Shown: positions 63,280 to 64,000 of the stretch, piece after piece | Numbering within the stretch: the stretch's first letter is position 1 | How the letters are laid out: every line of letters begins with the position of its first letter | DNA from: Spizellomyces punctatus DAOM BR117 | Lineage: Eukaryota | Length of the DNA stretch: 64,000 bases | Direction: 5' to 3' (one strand) | NCBI GenBank assembly: GCA_000182565.2 | Contig: KQ257454.1 | Made by a program: the position numbers and the translations under genes | The notes under the pieces: generated by a model | Seen by the model: the letters and a program-made list of their open reading frames with translations, nothing else | The model's database searches: none | What the model was told of the DNA's origin: nothing

Positions 63280-63297
63280 GTTGCTGTGGCAACAGGC
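63280..63297. promoter_or_regulatory. X-box-like palindrome GTTGCTGTGGCAAC followed by AGGC
   Basis: Centre of the 137-bp HGH1/FolC-family divergent gap. Confidence 0.55.
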
Positions 63298-63357
63298 GCT
63301 TTCGTAAGCACCCTCAGACGGGAGCAACCCCACAGACTGTCCTTGCCACCACAAAGC

Positions 63358-64000
63358 ATGGTGCCCACATCCATTGAATTGGGTTTGGACCGCATCAACC
63401 GCCTTCTAGCCGCTCTAGACAGCCCTCAAACCAAATTTCCGGTCATACACGTAGCCGGTACCAATGGCAAAGGATCAGTGACTGCATGCATATCAGCAAT
63501 CCTCACGCATGCAGGTTACAGAACTGGCCGCTTCAATTCGCCCCACCTGGTTTCTCCCCTTGATGTAATTCGCATTAATGACCGTATCATAGCCAAAGAT
63601 TTGTATGCGACATGCTACGGGAAAGCATTCAGGGCTGACGAAGAGAATGCAATTGGGGCCAGCTTGTTTGAAATTCAGACAGCGACAGCCTTTTTGGTAT
63701 TTGCGGAGCAACATGTCGATATAGCGATATTGGAAGTTGGGTTGGGTGGGAGATTAGACGCGACCAATGTTTGCTGTAGTCCATTAGTGTGCGTTTTTAC
63801 TGCGATCGGTATGGACCATGTAGATCTCCTTGGGGACACAATCGAAAAGATTGCCGCAGAGAAGGGTGGCATCATCAAACCGGGAGCAATGGTCGTCATT
63901 GGACCACAGGTCGAAGAAGAAGTAACTCCTGTTCTAATACGCATGGCCGCCGCGCACAACTGTCCAGTCCACATTGCTTCTCCTGCCGTTCGCCCATCGG
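63358..64000 (+). CDS. FOL3: Dihydrofolate synthase / folylpolyglutamate synthase (FolC family), truncated by the window end
   Basis: IELGLDRI, VIHVAGTNGKGSV, FNSPHL, EVGLGGRLDATNV, IGMDHVDLLGDTIEKIAAEKGGI. Confidence 0.85.
   Translation, partial: MVPTSIELGLDRINRLLAALDSPQTKFPVIHVAGTNGKGSVTACISAILTHAGYRTGRFNSPHLVSPLDVIRINDRIIAKDLYATCYGKAFRADEENAIGASLFEIQTATAFLVFAEQHVDIAILEVGLGGRLDATNVCCSPLVCVFTAIGMDHVDLLGDTIEKIAAEKGGIIKPGAMVVIGPQVEEEVTPVLIRMAAAHNCPVHIASPAVRPS

Overview
Gene-dense, intron-rich eukaryotic DNA with introns mostly about 45-90 nt and donors such as GTAAGT, GTACGT and GTGAGT. The genes look fungal but include ciliary genes (DRC9/IQCG, Tubby, probable CCDC24), so I infer a zoosporic fungus (chytrid); the organism is not confirmed. 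About 26 protein genes can be rebuilt by manual splicing, mostly as tight divergent or convergent pairs: CFIm25, membrane dipeptidase, CYS3, focadhesin-like, DRC9, PEX2, NEDD8, GCFC2-like, COX23-like, a CC1-box coiled-coil protein, a Reb1/TTF1-like Myb protein, HADH, a Sld2N-like/Tubby fusion, a CE4 deacetylase, CCDC24, E(z), GTPBP1/2, Aurora, AKR, LSD1-like, TRS31, VMA22, CIA30, PEX6, a PH-like protein, NDUFB10, RPL16, HGH1 and a FolC-family gene. There is also a 100-N gap and a decayed Copia relic. The most striking unexplained signal is two ORF-poor intergenic blocks (about 29.1-29.9 kb on +, about 40.3-41.0 kb on -). By eye, each folds into a multi-armed RNA of roughly 600-700 nt with strand-specific G-U pairs and a long-range closing helix followed by a U-tract, and each has an upstream GUAAG splice-donor-like loop. 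They are candidate large structured ncRNAs of unknown class. Also notable are a recurrent extended X-box palindrome in bidirectional promoters and a probable GA-AG intron in LSD1. Exon boundaries, folds and family calls were made by eye and from recalled motifs, without database searches.
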